The notes beneath the pieces are model-generated. The model searched no databases and was not told the DNA's origin. It saw only the letters and a list, made by a program, of their open reading frames with translations. The position numbers and the translations under genes were made by a program. Shown here piece by piece: positions 1-7,731 of a stretch of 33,420 nucleotides of DNA (position 1 is the stretch's first letter; every line of letters begins with the position of its first letter). The stretch is taken from contig CALASV010000085.1 in assembly GCA_937888895.1 (NCBI GenBank), positions 1 through 33,420 on the forward strand, written 5' to 3'. The DNA comes from an uncultured Clostridia bacterium (lineage in GTDB: Bacteria > Bacillota > Clostridia > Lachnospirales > Lachnospiraceae).

Positions 1-110
1 GTCTATACGGGTGATCCCAAGTACGGACGTGTTGCGGCGGTCATTGTTGACCGTATTGCGGATATTTATCCGAAAATGAATTTGGAGAATATCGTTATTT
101 AGCTTATGCA

Positions 111-1613
111 GTGAATCAGTTTTTTACAAATGGTGGTTCAAGATGTTTTGTAAAGAGAGTAGTTCCAAGTGATGCTGCTTTCGCACACAATGCAGAAGAT
201 GATAGTGTAGCACCTATTGTAATTTATGCTAAGAATCCAGGTGTATGGGGCAATAAGATTTCTATTAAAGTAGTACCTGCAAGTAAGTCTAAGACACAGA
301 TTCTTGAAATGATTGAAACATCTAACGATATGAAGTTTAGAGTAAAGAATGCAAGTGGCTTTTTAGCAGGTGACATTATTGTATTTGATGATAAGAATAC
401 AAAGGTTTATAACAGAGTAACAAGTGTAGATGGTAACATTCTTACATTTGAAAATGCGTTTGATGCTTCTGTTGTAGATACGGCTATTTTACCAATAAAG
501 ACAATCGCAACTTGTGAAATGGATATCGAAGTAAAATATGATACAATTGTAGAAACTTATGAAGGTTGTTCTTTAAATATTGAATCTCCAAACTTTGTAA
601 CTCAGAAGATGGCTACTTCTGAACTTGTTATGGTAGAAGCAAAAGTAACAGATGAAATCGTAGCACCTTATAAGTTAATTTCTGGAAATGAAGATGGCGA
701 ATTTTTAATTAGCTTATTCGATGGAAAGAATGGTACAAAGAGTGTATTATCTAGCGTAGATTATATTGGCGAAGATAAAGGTCCTGGTGAACGTACTGGT
801 ATTCAGGCATTTATTGATAATAATGAAGTTAGCATTATGGCAGTTCCTGGTGTAACAGACCCATCAGTTGAATTAACATTAGTTGCTCATTGTGAAAACT
901 TAGGCAATCGTTTTGCTATTTTAGATATTCCTAGAAATAAAAAGACCGTTGGCGATGTAATGACACATAGAGATATGTTTGATAGTGAATATGCTGCTAT
1001 GTATCATCCTTGGGTAAAGGTAGTAGACCCATTGACTAAAAATACAATTGCTATTCCTCCATCTGGTTCTATTGCTGGTATTTATGCAAGAACAGATAAT
1101 TCTAGAGGTGTACATAAAGCTCCTGCAAATGAAATCGTAAGTGCTTGTGTTGGTTTAGATTGTAACTATACAACAGGTGAGCAAGATTTATTAAATCCAA
1201 AGGGTGTAAACCTTATTAGAAGTTTCCCAGGTCAGGGTATTCGTGTTTGGGGTGCAAGAACAGTAAGTTCTAATGGTTTATGGAAATATGTAAACGTTCG
1301 TAGATTGTTTATCTTTATTGAAGAAACTATTAAGGCAAGTACAAATTGGGTAGTATTTGAGCCAAATGATGCCGTATTGTGGATGAGAACAAAGAGAACT
1401 ATCGAAATCTTCTTAACCGATGTTTGGAGAAGTGGTGCTCTTGCTGGTGCTTCTGAAAGTGATGCATTTTTTGTAAATGTTGGTCCAGAAACAATGTCTC
1501 AGGGAGATATTGATGCAGGTCGTTTGATTTGTGTTATCGGTATTGCTCCTGTGAAACCAGCAGAATTTGTAATCTTTAGAATTACACAGAAGACATCTGG
1601 TGGAGCTGAATAA
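111..1613 (+). CDS. Contractile tail sheath protein (phage-tail/CIS sheath family), N-terminus missing or disrupted
   Basis: The translation carries conserved sheath motifs: AVNQFFTNGGSRCFVKRV near the start, then GVHKAPANE, GVNLIRSFPGQGIRVWGARTV and WKYVNVRRLFIFIEETI in the C-terminal domain. The frame stays open upstream to nt 51 (GYLSENEFGEYRYLAYA, also sheath-like). It is blocked by in-frame TGA codons at 48-50 and 12-14. GTG 111 is therefore only the first usable start, and the usual first ~60 residues are not encoded. Confidence 0.9.
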   Translation: MNQFFTNGGSRCFVKRVVPSDAAFAHNAEDDSVAPIVIYAKNPGVWGNKISIKVVPASKSKTQILEMIETSNDMKFRVKNASGFLAGDIIVFDDKNTKVYNRVTSVDGNILTFENAFDASVVDTAILPIKTIATCEMDIEVKYDTIVETYEGCSLNIESPNFVTQKMATSELVMVEAKVTDEIVAPYKLISGNEDGEFLISLFDGKNGTKSVLSSVDYIGEDKGPGERTGIQAFIDNNEVSIMAVPGVTDPSVELTLVAHCENLGNRFAILDIPRNKKTVGDVMTHRDMFDSEYAAMYHPWVKVVDPLTKNTIAIPPSGSIAGIYARTDNSRGVHKAPANEIVSACVGLDCNYTTGEQDLLNPKGVNLIRSFPGQGIRVWGARTVSSNGLWKYVNVRRLFIFIEETIKASTNWVVFEPNDAVLWMRTKRTIEIFLTDVWRSGALAGASESDAFFVNVGPETMSQGDIDAGRLICVIGIAPVKPAEFVIFRITQKTSGGAE

Positions 1614-1644
1614 TCAAAGATTTTTTAGTTAAGGAGGAAGAACA

Positions 1645-2082
1645 ATGGCAGGAGTATATCCATATAAGAATTTTAGATTCAAAGTGGAAATCGAAGGTAC
1701 ACAAGTAGCTAGTTTTAGTGAAGTGACAGGCTTTGATGCAACTTTTGATGTAATTGAATATAGAGAAGGTGATGATATTATTACACCTAGAAAACAGCCA
1801 GGTCTTATTAAGTACAGCAACATCACATTTAAGAGAGGCGTTGTAGATGGAATCGACTTCTTCGAGTGGATTGATGCGATTAATAAAGGTACCATTGAAA
1901 GAAAAACGGTTACTATTTATTTAAATGGTGATACAGCAGATTCTGTTGTTACATCTTGGCAGTTATTAAATGCTTGGCCATGCAAGTATACAGGTCCAGA
2001 TTTAAATGCAATGGGTTCTGAAGTAGCAGTAGAAAGCATTGAATTTGCACATGAAGGATTAGTTCGTTTAGCAGGTGCATAA
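1645..2082 (+). CDS. Inner tube protein (T4 gp19 / Afp1-type tail tube family)
   Basis: 145 aa. Hallmark tube motifs are YPYKNFRFKVEIEG, ASFSEVTGFD, IEYREG, ITFKRGV, FFEWI and C-terminal DLNAMGSEVAVESIEFAHEGL. An AAGGAGG SD lies 7 nt upstream of the ATG. The gene sits directly downstream of the sheath gene. Confidence 0.9.
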   Translation: MAGVYPYKNFRFKVEIEGTQVASFSEVTGFDATFDVIEYREGDDIITPRKQPGLIKYSNITFKRGVVDGIDFFEWIDAINKGTIERKTVTIYLNGDTADSVVTSWQLLNAWPCKYTGPDLNAMGSEVAVESIEFAHEGLVRLAGA

Positions 2083-2102
2083 TAGAATTTATATATAAGC
2101 TC

Positions 2103-2157
2103 GTCTTGATATTATCTGTTAGCGAGAATTACAGATAATATCAAGACTTGGCTTTTG
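2103..2157 (+). terminator. Hairpin terminator or attenuator after the tube gene
   Basis: A perfect 17-bp inverted repeat (GTCTTGATATTATCTGT at 2103-2119, ACAGATAATATCAAGAC at 2131-2147) has an 11-nt loop and is followed by TTGGCTTTTG. The stem is AT-rich and the U-tract is interrupted, so termination is probably partial. Confidence 0.55.
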
Positions 2158-2183
2158 TGAAGTAATGTAGTTTTTGTTATAAT
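2155..2183 (+). promoter_or_regulatory. Sigma-A type promoter with extended -10
   Basis: TTGTGA (-35, 2155-2160), a 17-nt spacer, then TGtTATAAT (TG at 2175-2176, TATAAT at 2178-2183). It lies immediately after the hairpin and about 20-35 nt upstream of the next gene's candidate starts. Confidence 0.5.
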
Positions 2184-2202
2184 ACTATGGAAGTAGTTCT
2201 AT

Positions 2203-2625
2203 ATGATGGAGAAAAATATGGAAACGCAACGTAGAAAGACAGGAAGGAAGAAAAAAATGCAGAGTTTTCAAACAGAATTTCCTTTTGAATTACCAAGAGG
2301 ATATATGGATGGAGAGGGAAATATTCATAAAACAGGAGTGATGCGTTTAGCAACTGCTGCTGATGAAATTATCCCAATGAAAGACCCTAGAGTGCAACAA
2401 AATCCAGCATATATGAGTATTATTTTACTTGCTCGAGTAATTACTAAGTTAGGAAATTTACCAGCCGTAGATACTAGAACCATTGAGAGATTATTTACAG
2501 CAGATTTAGCTTTTTTACAAGACCTTTATCAACGTATCAATCAGGCAGAGCCACCAGTAATTAAAACAATTTGTCCTCATTGTAATGAACAGATTGAAGT
2601 ACCTTGGCCATTTTTGGGGGAGTAA
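2203..2625 (+). CDS. Tail assembly chaperone-like protein (P2 gpE-like position and pattern)
   Basis: Its position between tube and tape-measure-like genes matches P2 gene E. The core pattern is FELPRGY..G..H..GVMRLATAADEI....AYMSIILLARVITKLGNL..VD..TIERLFTADLAFLQDLY, followed by a CPHC half zinc-ribbon. ATG 2218 (METQ..), with GGAG 7 nt upstream, is an equally good start. Confidence 0.6.
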   Translation: MMEKNMETQRRKTGRKKKMQSFQTEFPFELPRGYMDGEGNIHKTGVMRLATAADEIIPMKDPRVQQNPAYMSIILLARVITKLGNLPAVDTRTIERLFTADLAFLQDLYQRINQAEPPVIKTICPHCNEQIEVPWPFLGE

Positions 2626-2810
2626 TACACCTTTATCCTGAAAAACAATTGTATGAGGAAATGGCGTTTCTTTCCTATTATATGCATTGGTCGCATGAAG
2701 AAGTAATGACATTAGAACACGCAGAACGAGCAAGATGGTGTAAAGAAATTTCTGCGATTAATAAAAAATTAAATGGGGAAGAAAATAAGAAGAATATATT
2801 TGATATATAA
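2604..2810 (+). CDS. Probable -1 frameshift extension of the chaperone (gpE-prime-like); small conserved CIS-associated domain
   Basis: The ORF is in the -1 frame relative to 2203-2625 and overlaps its last 22 nt. Its only own start is a TTG with no SD. The sequence YPEKQLYEEMAFLSYYMHWSHEEVMTLEHAERARWCKEISAINKKL resembles a small domain I recall from tail/CIS loci, though I cannot place the family name with certainty. Confidence 0.55.
   Translation: MAIFGGVIHLYPEKQLYEEMAFLSYYMHWSHEEVMTLEHAERARWCKEISAINKKLNGEENKKNIFDI
2613..2619 (+). promoter_or_regulatory. Candidate -1 programmed ribosomal frameshift heptamer T_TTG_GGG
   Basis: In the zero frame the codons read CCA TTT TTG GGG GAG TAA. T TTG GGG fits the X_XXY_YYZ rule, and the A-site GGG re-pairs perfectly after a -1 slip. 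The site lies one codon before the stop. A slip would yield ..VPWPFLG-GVIHLYPEKQ... Confidence 0.45.
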
Positions 2811-2908
2811 AAATCTTTATTGGTTTGGATATATATAGAAGTTGTAGTAATTTGTCTAAAAAATTAGGAGAGTTCTTATTAAGTTGCTAAAAATAAGGGG
2901 GAATATCT

Positions 2909-3625
2909 TTGTCGCAGTCAACATTTTCTTGGAAAAATATTGAAGGTAAATTAGGTCAAAAAAAAGAATATCCTTTTATTGCGAATAGTTATGTAGTTTC
3001 TTTTGGTTCTGTTGTGGCAAGTTTTTCAAAAATATCGGGAATTTCTTTAAAAATAACAGAGTATATGGCTATGAATGAAGGTGGAAGTGATGCACCTTAT
3101 ATTTTATTAGACCAAAGTAAGAATTTTAATACGATAACATTTGAAAAAGGTTTAGGGATTGGTTTTCAAGAAAGTGCGTCGACAGATATGCTTCAATTTG
3201 TAGAAGAGATAAGAATTAGAGATATGCTTTTGATTATTTATGGAAATACACCAGAGGAAAAAAAAGCATATTATACAGATACAGCGTATGTCAAAGATAT
3301 TGTACTTTCTGATTTAAATGCAACAAGTCAAGAAGTTTTAATACAATCTATGACAATCGTTTATGATGTTTTTAAAGAATCTAAAGATAGTTCTAATAGT
3401 GGAAGCAAAACAGTTTCTACTACATCAAATGTAGGAATAACTTCGAATAAAAATAAAAGGAAATCTTCTAATACTACGACTTTGAAAAAATCAAAGGAAA
3501 ACGAGGAAATTACAAAAGCAAGTTTACAAAATAGTAATGTAAATGAGAAGAAACAAATAGCATTAGAAGAAGAAAGAAAAAAAGAAGAATTGGAGAAGCA
3601 GAAAAAAATGGAAGCTTGTTTTTAA
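2909..3625 (+). CDS. Second tube-family paralog (Afp5-like tube/baseplate adaptor) with a long K/S/N/E-rich C-terminal tail
   Basis: The first ~155 aa align by eye with the tube protein: VASFSKISGIS vs VASFSEVTGFD, ITFEKG vs ITFKRG, DLNATSQEVLIQSMTIVYDVF vs DLNAMGSEVAVESIEFAHEGL. The last ~85 aa are low complexity. TTG start, with AAGGGGGAA about 5 nt upstream. Confidence 0.7.
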   Translation: MSQSTFSWKNIEGKLGQKKEYPFIANSYVVSFGSVVASFSKISGISLKITEYMAMNEGGSDAPYILLDQSKNFNTITFEKGLGIGFQESASTDMLQFVEEIRIRDMLLIIYGNTPEEKKAYYTDTAYVKDIVLSDLNATSQEVLIQSMTIVYDVFKESKDSSNSGSKTVSTTSNVGITSNKNKRKSSNTTTLKKSKENEEITKASLQNSNVNEKKQIALEEERKKEELEKQKKMEACF

Positions 3626-3721
3626 TCATATAAAGTTAGGTTTATACTTTTGGTATGCGAGATTTCATAGATAGAACAAGAGATAGTTTTTTTCTAAAAG
3701 AGTAAAGTATAGGTGAAAAAT

Positions 3722-4144
3722 ATGCTAATAAATAAAAAAATTCAACCAACACAAAAGAAAATAGGGACAATAGATGGAACATTTGCAGAAACGCTTTGTA
3801 GAAAAAATATTGTAAATCGAGGAGAAGACGATTTTAATTATGATACAAGAGTGTTTAAAACAGATGCTTCTATCGATATTACAGCATATTTAGAACTTAT
3901 GGTGACTTTATTAAACCAACTTCGATTTTCTAATATGCAAGGCAAAACGAATATTAATTTTTTGAAACAAGATGTTATACGACAAATTAGGAATAATATT
4001 ACATTACATGCAAATAGTATTCGAGGAACACAACTACATAAAGTATTAACTAATTTTTTAACATCAGAAAATTTTGATAATAATGAAATGATAGATAATA
4101 CAATTACTATCATAACACAAGAATTAAAAAAAAAAGTCCATTAA
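3722..4144 (+). CDS. Hypothetical protein; possibly the N-terminal part of the downstream tape-measure-like gene
   Basis: ATG 3722 has AGGTGA 5 nt upstream; the ORF track starts at GTG 3713. No motif was recognised. The ORF ends just after an A10 run, and the downstream gene's frame is already open there. Confidence 0.5.
   Translation: MLINKKIQPTQKKIGTIDGTFAETLCRKNIVNRGEDDFNYDTRVFKTDASIDITAYLELMVTLLNQLRFSNMQGKTNINFLKQDVIRQIRNNITLHANSIRGTQLHKVLTNFLTSENFDNNEMIDNTITIITQELKKKVH
4126..4135 (+). repeat. A10 homopolymer at the junction of two ORFs (slippage or indel hotspot)
   Basis: The context is GAATTAAAAAAAAAAGTCC. Upstream ORF codons read TTA AAA AAA AAA GTC CAT TAA. The -1 frame is open from 4099 and runs into the 4216-5940 ORF. 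Confidence 0.9.
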
Positions 4145-4215
4145 TTTTAAAAACGGATTTTGATGTTATTAAAGAAGTACCAAATACAGAAATCAATCGT
4201 AGTACAACAAATATA

Positions 4216-5940
4216 GTGAAAAAACAAAAAGTTGTAGTACTGCAAGATAGAATCAATAGTAAAATAAAAGAAAAAAATATAGAATTTCATCAAAATTTGA
4301 TATCTGAAAATAAGATGTCTAATTTAGTAAAACATCATTTAGAGTATATAACTAAATTAGATTCTATCATTTTTGGTGAAGGCATAGTTAGTGAAACATC
4401 CATTCAAAAAAATTGGTGGAATTTCACTTCTTCTATTTTTAATAAAGAATATAAAATTAATTTAAATCAAAAAAACTTATATTCTGAACATTGGTTGAAA
4501 GAAACACCATCTGTTTTCTATGAAGAAAACTTTGTAGAAATATTACCATTAGAATATAAAAAAGAAGAAATAGAAGAAACAAATTTAGTAGAAGTATTAC
4601 AAGAAAATAAAAGTATCTTGCGAGAACTTTTTTATAAAGAGGTTCAGAAAGAAACTGCATCTTCGGAAACTTATGTAGAACATCAGAAGAAAGGTTCTAA
4701 CTTAGTTGAAAAAATTTATGAAAAGTATGCCAAGGAACAAGAAAAGTTTTTTGTAGATAAGGTGCAAAATAGTTCTACAACTAAATTTACGATAGAACTT
4801 GTGGAAAATTTGTGGAAAAATACAAAGGAAATCACAAAGTATGTGAAAAACAATATAGAAAGAAGTTTACTTTCTAAAGAAATCGTTCCATTATTTTCAA
4901 AACAAGAATGGATAAATAACTTAATTTCAGATGGAGAAATAAAAGAAGTAGAACACTTTATTTCTAATTGGAAGAAAGAAACGATAAAAGTAATAACATC
5001 TATTTGGAATACGAATAAAAAAGAATCTAGTATTTCAAACTGGAATACAGAGTTCATAGAAAAGATAGTCTCTGCTTGGAATCTCCATCATATAGATAAA
5101 CTTACAACCATTTCAGATAGTACAAATATACAAGTAATAAAAAATAAGAGTTTCTATTTTAATAATTTATTGCAAGAAAATTCAACTGTTTTTGAAGAAA
5201 TTTTTGCAAAAGAATTACCATTAGAATATAAGAAGGAAATGCTAGAAGAAACTAATTTTGCAGAAGCATTAAAGGGAAATTCAAAGGCTTTTAGTATTTT
5301 TAAACAAAGAAATTTACAAAATAACGATTTTATTAAAAATATAGAAAAGAAATTATTTTATGAACATAGAGCAAGTAATTCTCCACAAGGAATACATAGA
5401 TTATTTAGTAGTGGGTTAGGGACACTTGTATCAGATGTGGATAAAAAATTCTTGACTTCTAATTATCCAAAAGTGGTAGCTGAATTGATATTGCAAAATA
5501 ATCGTCATATATCAGAAGATTTCTTTACTGAGAATACAACACAAAATTTATTTTTTAGAAAAAATGTAATGTTTGATGAAAATAAGAATAAATCAAATGT
5601 TACTTCTAATGAATCATTAGAGCAAACGATTGTCTATAAGTTAGAAAAGAAATCAGAAGCAACAAAAGAAATTTTAAATAAAGAAATAAAAAGTTTTATT
5701 TATAGTCAAGTAGAACAAATCATACAGTCTAAAATAGAGGATTATGAAATAAGAAGAAATAAAGACGAAAATCAAAAGATAGATGATGCATTAGAAAAAA
5801 TTGTAGAGAAAAAGACGAAAGAACAAAGGAAAACTTCTCAAATTCAGATAGAAGATTTTGATATAGAGGAAATTTATGAAAAAGTGTATCAAAAAATAGA
5901 GAGAAATTTAAGGTCAGAGATGAGAAAAACTGGAAGATAG
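4216..5940 (+). CDS. K/E/N-rich tape-measure-like protein (assigned by synteny only)
   Basis: 574 aa, low-complexity and helical-looking, with internal duplications. It occupies the P2 gene T position, after the chaperone pair and before the tube-initiator, hub and spike genes. GTG 4216 has no SD, and its frame is open 117 nt upstream. The true product probably begins at 3722 via the A10 run. Confidence 0.4.
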   Translation: MKKQKVVVLQDRINSKIKEKNIEFHQNLISENKMSNLVKHHLEYITKLDSIIFGEGIVSETSIQKNWWNFTSSIFNKEYKINLNQKNLYSEHWLKETPSVFYEENFVEILPLEYKKEEIEETNLVEVLQENKSILRELFYKEVQKETASSETYVEHQKKGSNLVEKIYEKYAKEQEKFFVDKVQNSSTTKFTIELVENLWKNTKEITKYVKNNIERSLLSKEIVPLFSKQEWINNLISDGEIKEVEHFISNWKKETIKVITSIWNTNKKESSISNWNTEFIEKIVSAWNLHHIDKLTTISDSTNIQVIKNKSFYFNNLLQENSTVFEEIFAKELPLEYKKEMLEETNFAEALKGNSKAFSIFKQRNLQNNDFIKNIEKKLFYEHRASNSPQGIHRLFSSGLGTLVSDVDKKFLTSNYPKVVAELILQNNRHISEDFFTENTTQNLFFRKNVMFDENKNKSNVTSNESLEQTIVYKLEKKSEATKEILNKEIKSFIYSQVEQIIQSKIEDYEIRRNKDENQKIDDALEKIVEKKTKEQRKTSQIQIEDFDIEEIYEKVYQKIERNLRSEMRKTGR

Positions 5941-5957
5941 GTAGATGAGGTGGCAAT

Positions 5958-6608
5958 ATGGGTGAGCAGAGTGGACCTGTGGCAAAAGCTAAAATTATTA
6001 TAGCAGAAAGAAAAGATGGTACATATAGTACTTATAAAAATGTTAAGTTAAAAGCAAGGGAAGAAATTGAAGTGCAATTTAATCCAAATGAATATTCTAT
6101 CTCTATGTCTAGTAAGTGTAAACTTAGACCTTTAAAAAAGAAATCTGAGGAAGAAGATGAAATAGAGTATGCGAGTTTTATTCCTGAAAATCCGAGAGAA
6201 TTAAGTGTAACTTTATTTTATGATACATTGATGCAAGCTTATTTTGATGCTAGGAAAGATAATTTTTCAAAATCGGCAGACATTTATGAAAAGAAGTATG
6301 GGAAAGATAAACAACAAAATGTAAATGAAGTATATTTAAATAAATTAATGGCATTGACAGCAGAAGAAAAAACAAGTAAACGCCCTCCTAGAGTTGTATT
6401 TGCTTGGGGAAGTCACTATTTTGTAGGTTATGTAACAAGTTTGGATATTTCTTATAAACGCTTTAATGCTAATGGTGTACCAATTCGGGCAGAAGTGTCA
6501 ATGAGAATAATAGAATGTCGGCAAAAGATAAGTGAAGATTCTTCTAATTCTGATACAGGTGGGTTAATAGGAGATGAGCCAATGGGATTAGATGAGCTAT
6601 TTGGATAG
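5958..6608 (+). CDS. Tube-initiator-like CIS protein (gpX/Afp-type tube-fold baseplate protein, no LysM domain visible)
   Basis: The motifs VQFNPNEYSIS, ELSVTLFYDT and PPRVVFAWGSHYFVGYVTSLDISYKRFNANGVPIRAEVSMRI match the conserved pattern of the tube-fold protein that precedes gpD in CIS and myophage tail loci. A GAGGTGG SD is present. Confidence 0.6.
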   Translation: MGEQSGPVAKAKIIIAERKDGTYSTYKNVKLKAREEIEVQFNPNEYSISMSSKCKLRPLKKKSEEEDEIEYASFIPENPRELSVTLFYDTLMQAYFDARKDNFSKSADIYEKKYGKDKQQNVNEVYLNKLMALTAEEKTSKRPPRVVFAWGSHYFVGYVTSLDISYKRFNANGVPIRAEVSMRIIECRQKISEDSSNSDTGGLIGDEPMGLDELFG

Positions 6609-6624
6609 TAATTTTGGAGGAAAT

Positions 6625-7731
6625 ATGAGCAAATATACAATGAAAAAATTAAAGCAAGAGTATGGTAATTTTGTAAGACCCAAAATAACAATTAAAATAG
6701 CAAATCAAGAATTAAATAGTAAGTATACAAAAGAGAGTGTAGTTGTAGAAATTCCATCCACTTATGATGCTGCAATATGTAAATTTACAATTACAAATGC
6801 ATTTGAACATTCCAAAGATTATCAAGTAGAAATAGAAAAAGATTTAAAAGATGTATTTCAATTAGGCAATCTTGTGGAAGTATTTATGGGTTATGAATCA
6901 GGAAGTGAAAAGCAAGTATTTTTTGGTTATATTGATGCAATATATTTTGATTATGATGAAGAAATAGGAATTGAGTATTCGGTAGAGTGTTTAGATGCAA
7001 AGGGAATTATGATGAATAGTTATCGTTCTACAGTAAAGAAAAATGCTAAAAAGTATAGTGATGCTGTAGCAGATATATTGAAAAAGTATAGTAAATTGAT
7101 TAAAAAGAAACAAATTTCTACTACTTCTGAAATAGAAACAATAATTGAACAGCATAATGAAAGTGATTATCAGTTTGTAGTTCGTTTAGCGAAAAAATTA
7201 AATTATTGTTTTTATATTGTGAATGGAGAAGCATATTTTCAAGAGATGGGAAAAGATACAGAAGATTTTTTTACTTTTTGTATCAATGAGGGAGTAAGAA
7301 CTTTTTCGATGTTTCAAACATTAAAAAAACAAGTATCTAGTGTTACTGTGCGAGGAAATAATGAAAAAGACCCTACAAAGCCATTTGAATCTACGGCATC
7401 AGCTTATAAAAGTATTGCAGATAACTCGAAAGTACAAGCAAATAAAATATCTATTATTGATTCTAATGTGACAAAAACAATTATTGATAATTCGATTTCT
7501 TCGGAAAATGAAGCAAAACAAAGAGCAGAAGCTGAATTAAATGAATTGTCATATAAAAATTCCAAAGGAACAATTTCTACCGTTGGGATTCCTGATTTTG
7601 TACCGAATAAAGTAGTTTCAGTGGAGGGGTTTGGCAAACAGTACGATAAAAAGTATAGAATTGTAAAAGTGACACATAAATATAAAAATTATCAATATAC
7701 AACAGAATGTGAACTGGAGGCTAACAAGTGA
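6625..7731 (+). CDS. Baseplate hub protein, phage late control gene D (gpD) family
   Basis: GNLVEVFMGYESGSEKQVFFGYIDAI, ECLDAKG, KYSDAVADILKKY and QHNESDYQFVVRLAKKLNYCFYIVNGEAYF follow the gpD pattern. ATG 6625, with GGAGG just upstream, is preferred over the track start 6592, which lies inside the preceding gene. Confidence 0.8.
   Translation: MSKYTMKKLKQEYGNFVRPKITIKIANQELNSKYTKESVVVEIPSTYDAAICKFTITNAFEHSKDYQVEIEKDLKDVFQLGNLVEVFMGYESGSEKQVFFGYIDAIYFDYDEEIGIEYSVECLDAKGIMMNSYRSTVKKNAKKYSDAVADILKKYSKLIKKKQISTTSEIETIIEQHNESDYQFVVRLAKKLNYCFYIVNGEAYFQEMGKDTEDFFTFCINEGVRTFSMFQTLKKQVSSVTVRGNNEKDPTKPFESTASAYKSIADNSKVQANKISIIDSNVTKTIIDNSISSENEAKQRAEAELNELSYKNSKGTISTVGIPDFVPNKVVSVEGFGKQYDKKYRIVKVTHKYKNYQYTTECELEANK

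Noticed and set aside
4216-5940. The K/E-rich 574-aa protein as a secreted toxin or effector.
   Set aside because: No enzymatic motif was seen. Its position, between the chaperone pair and the tube-initiator, hub and spike genes, fits a tape measure better. The assignment remains low confidence.
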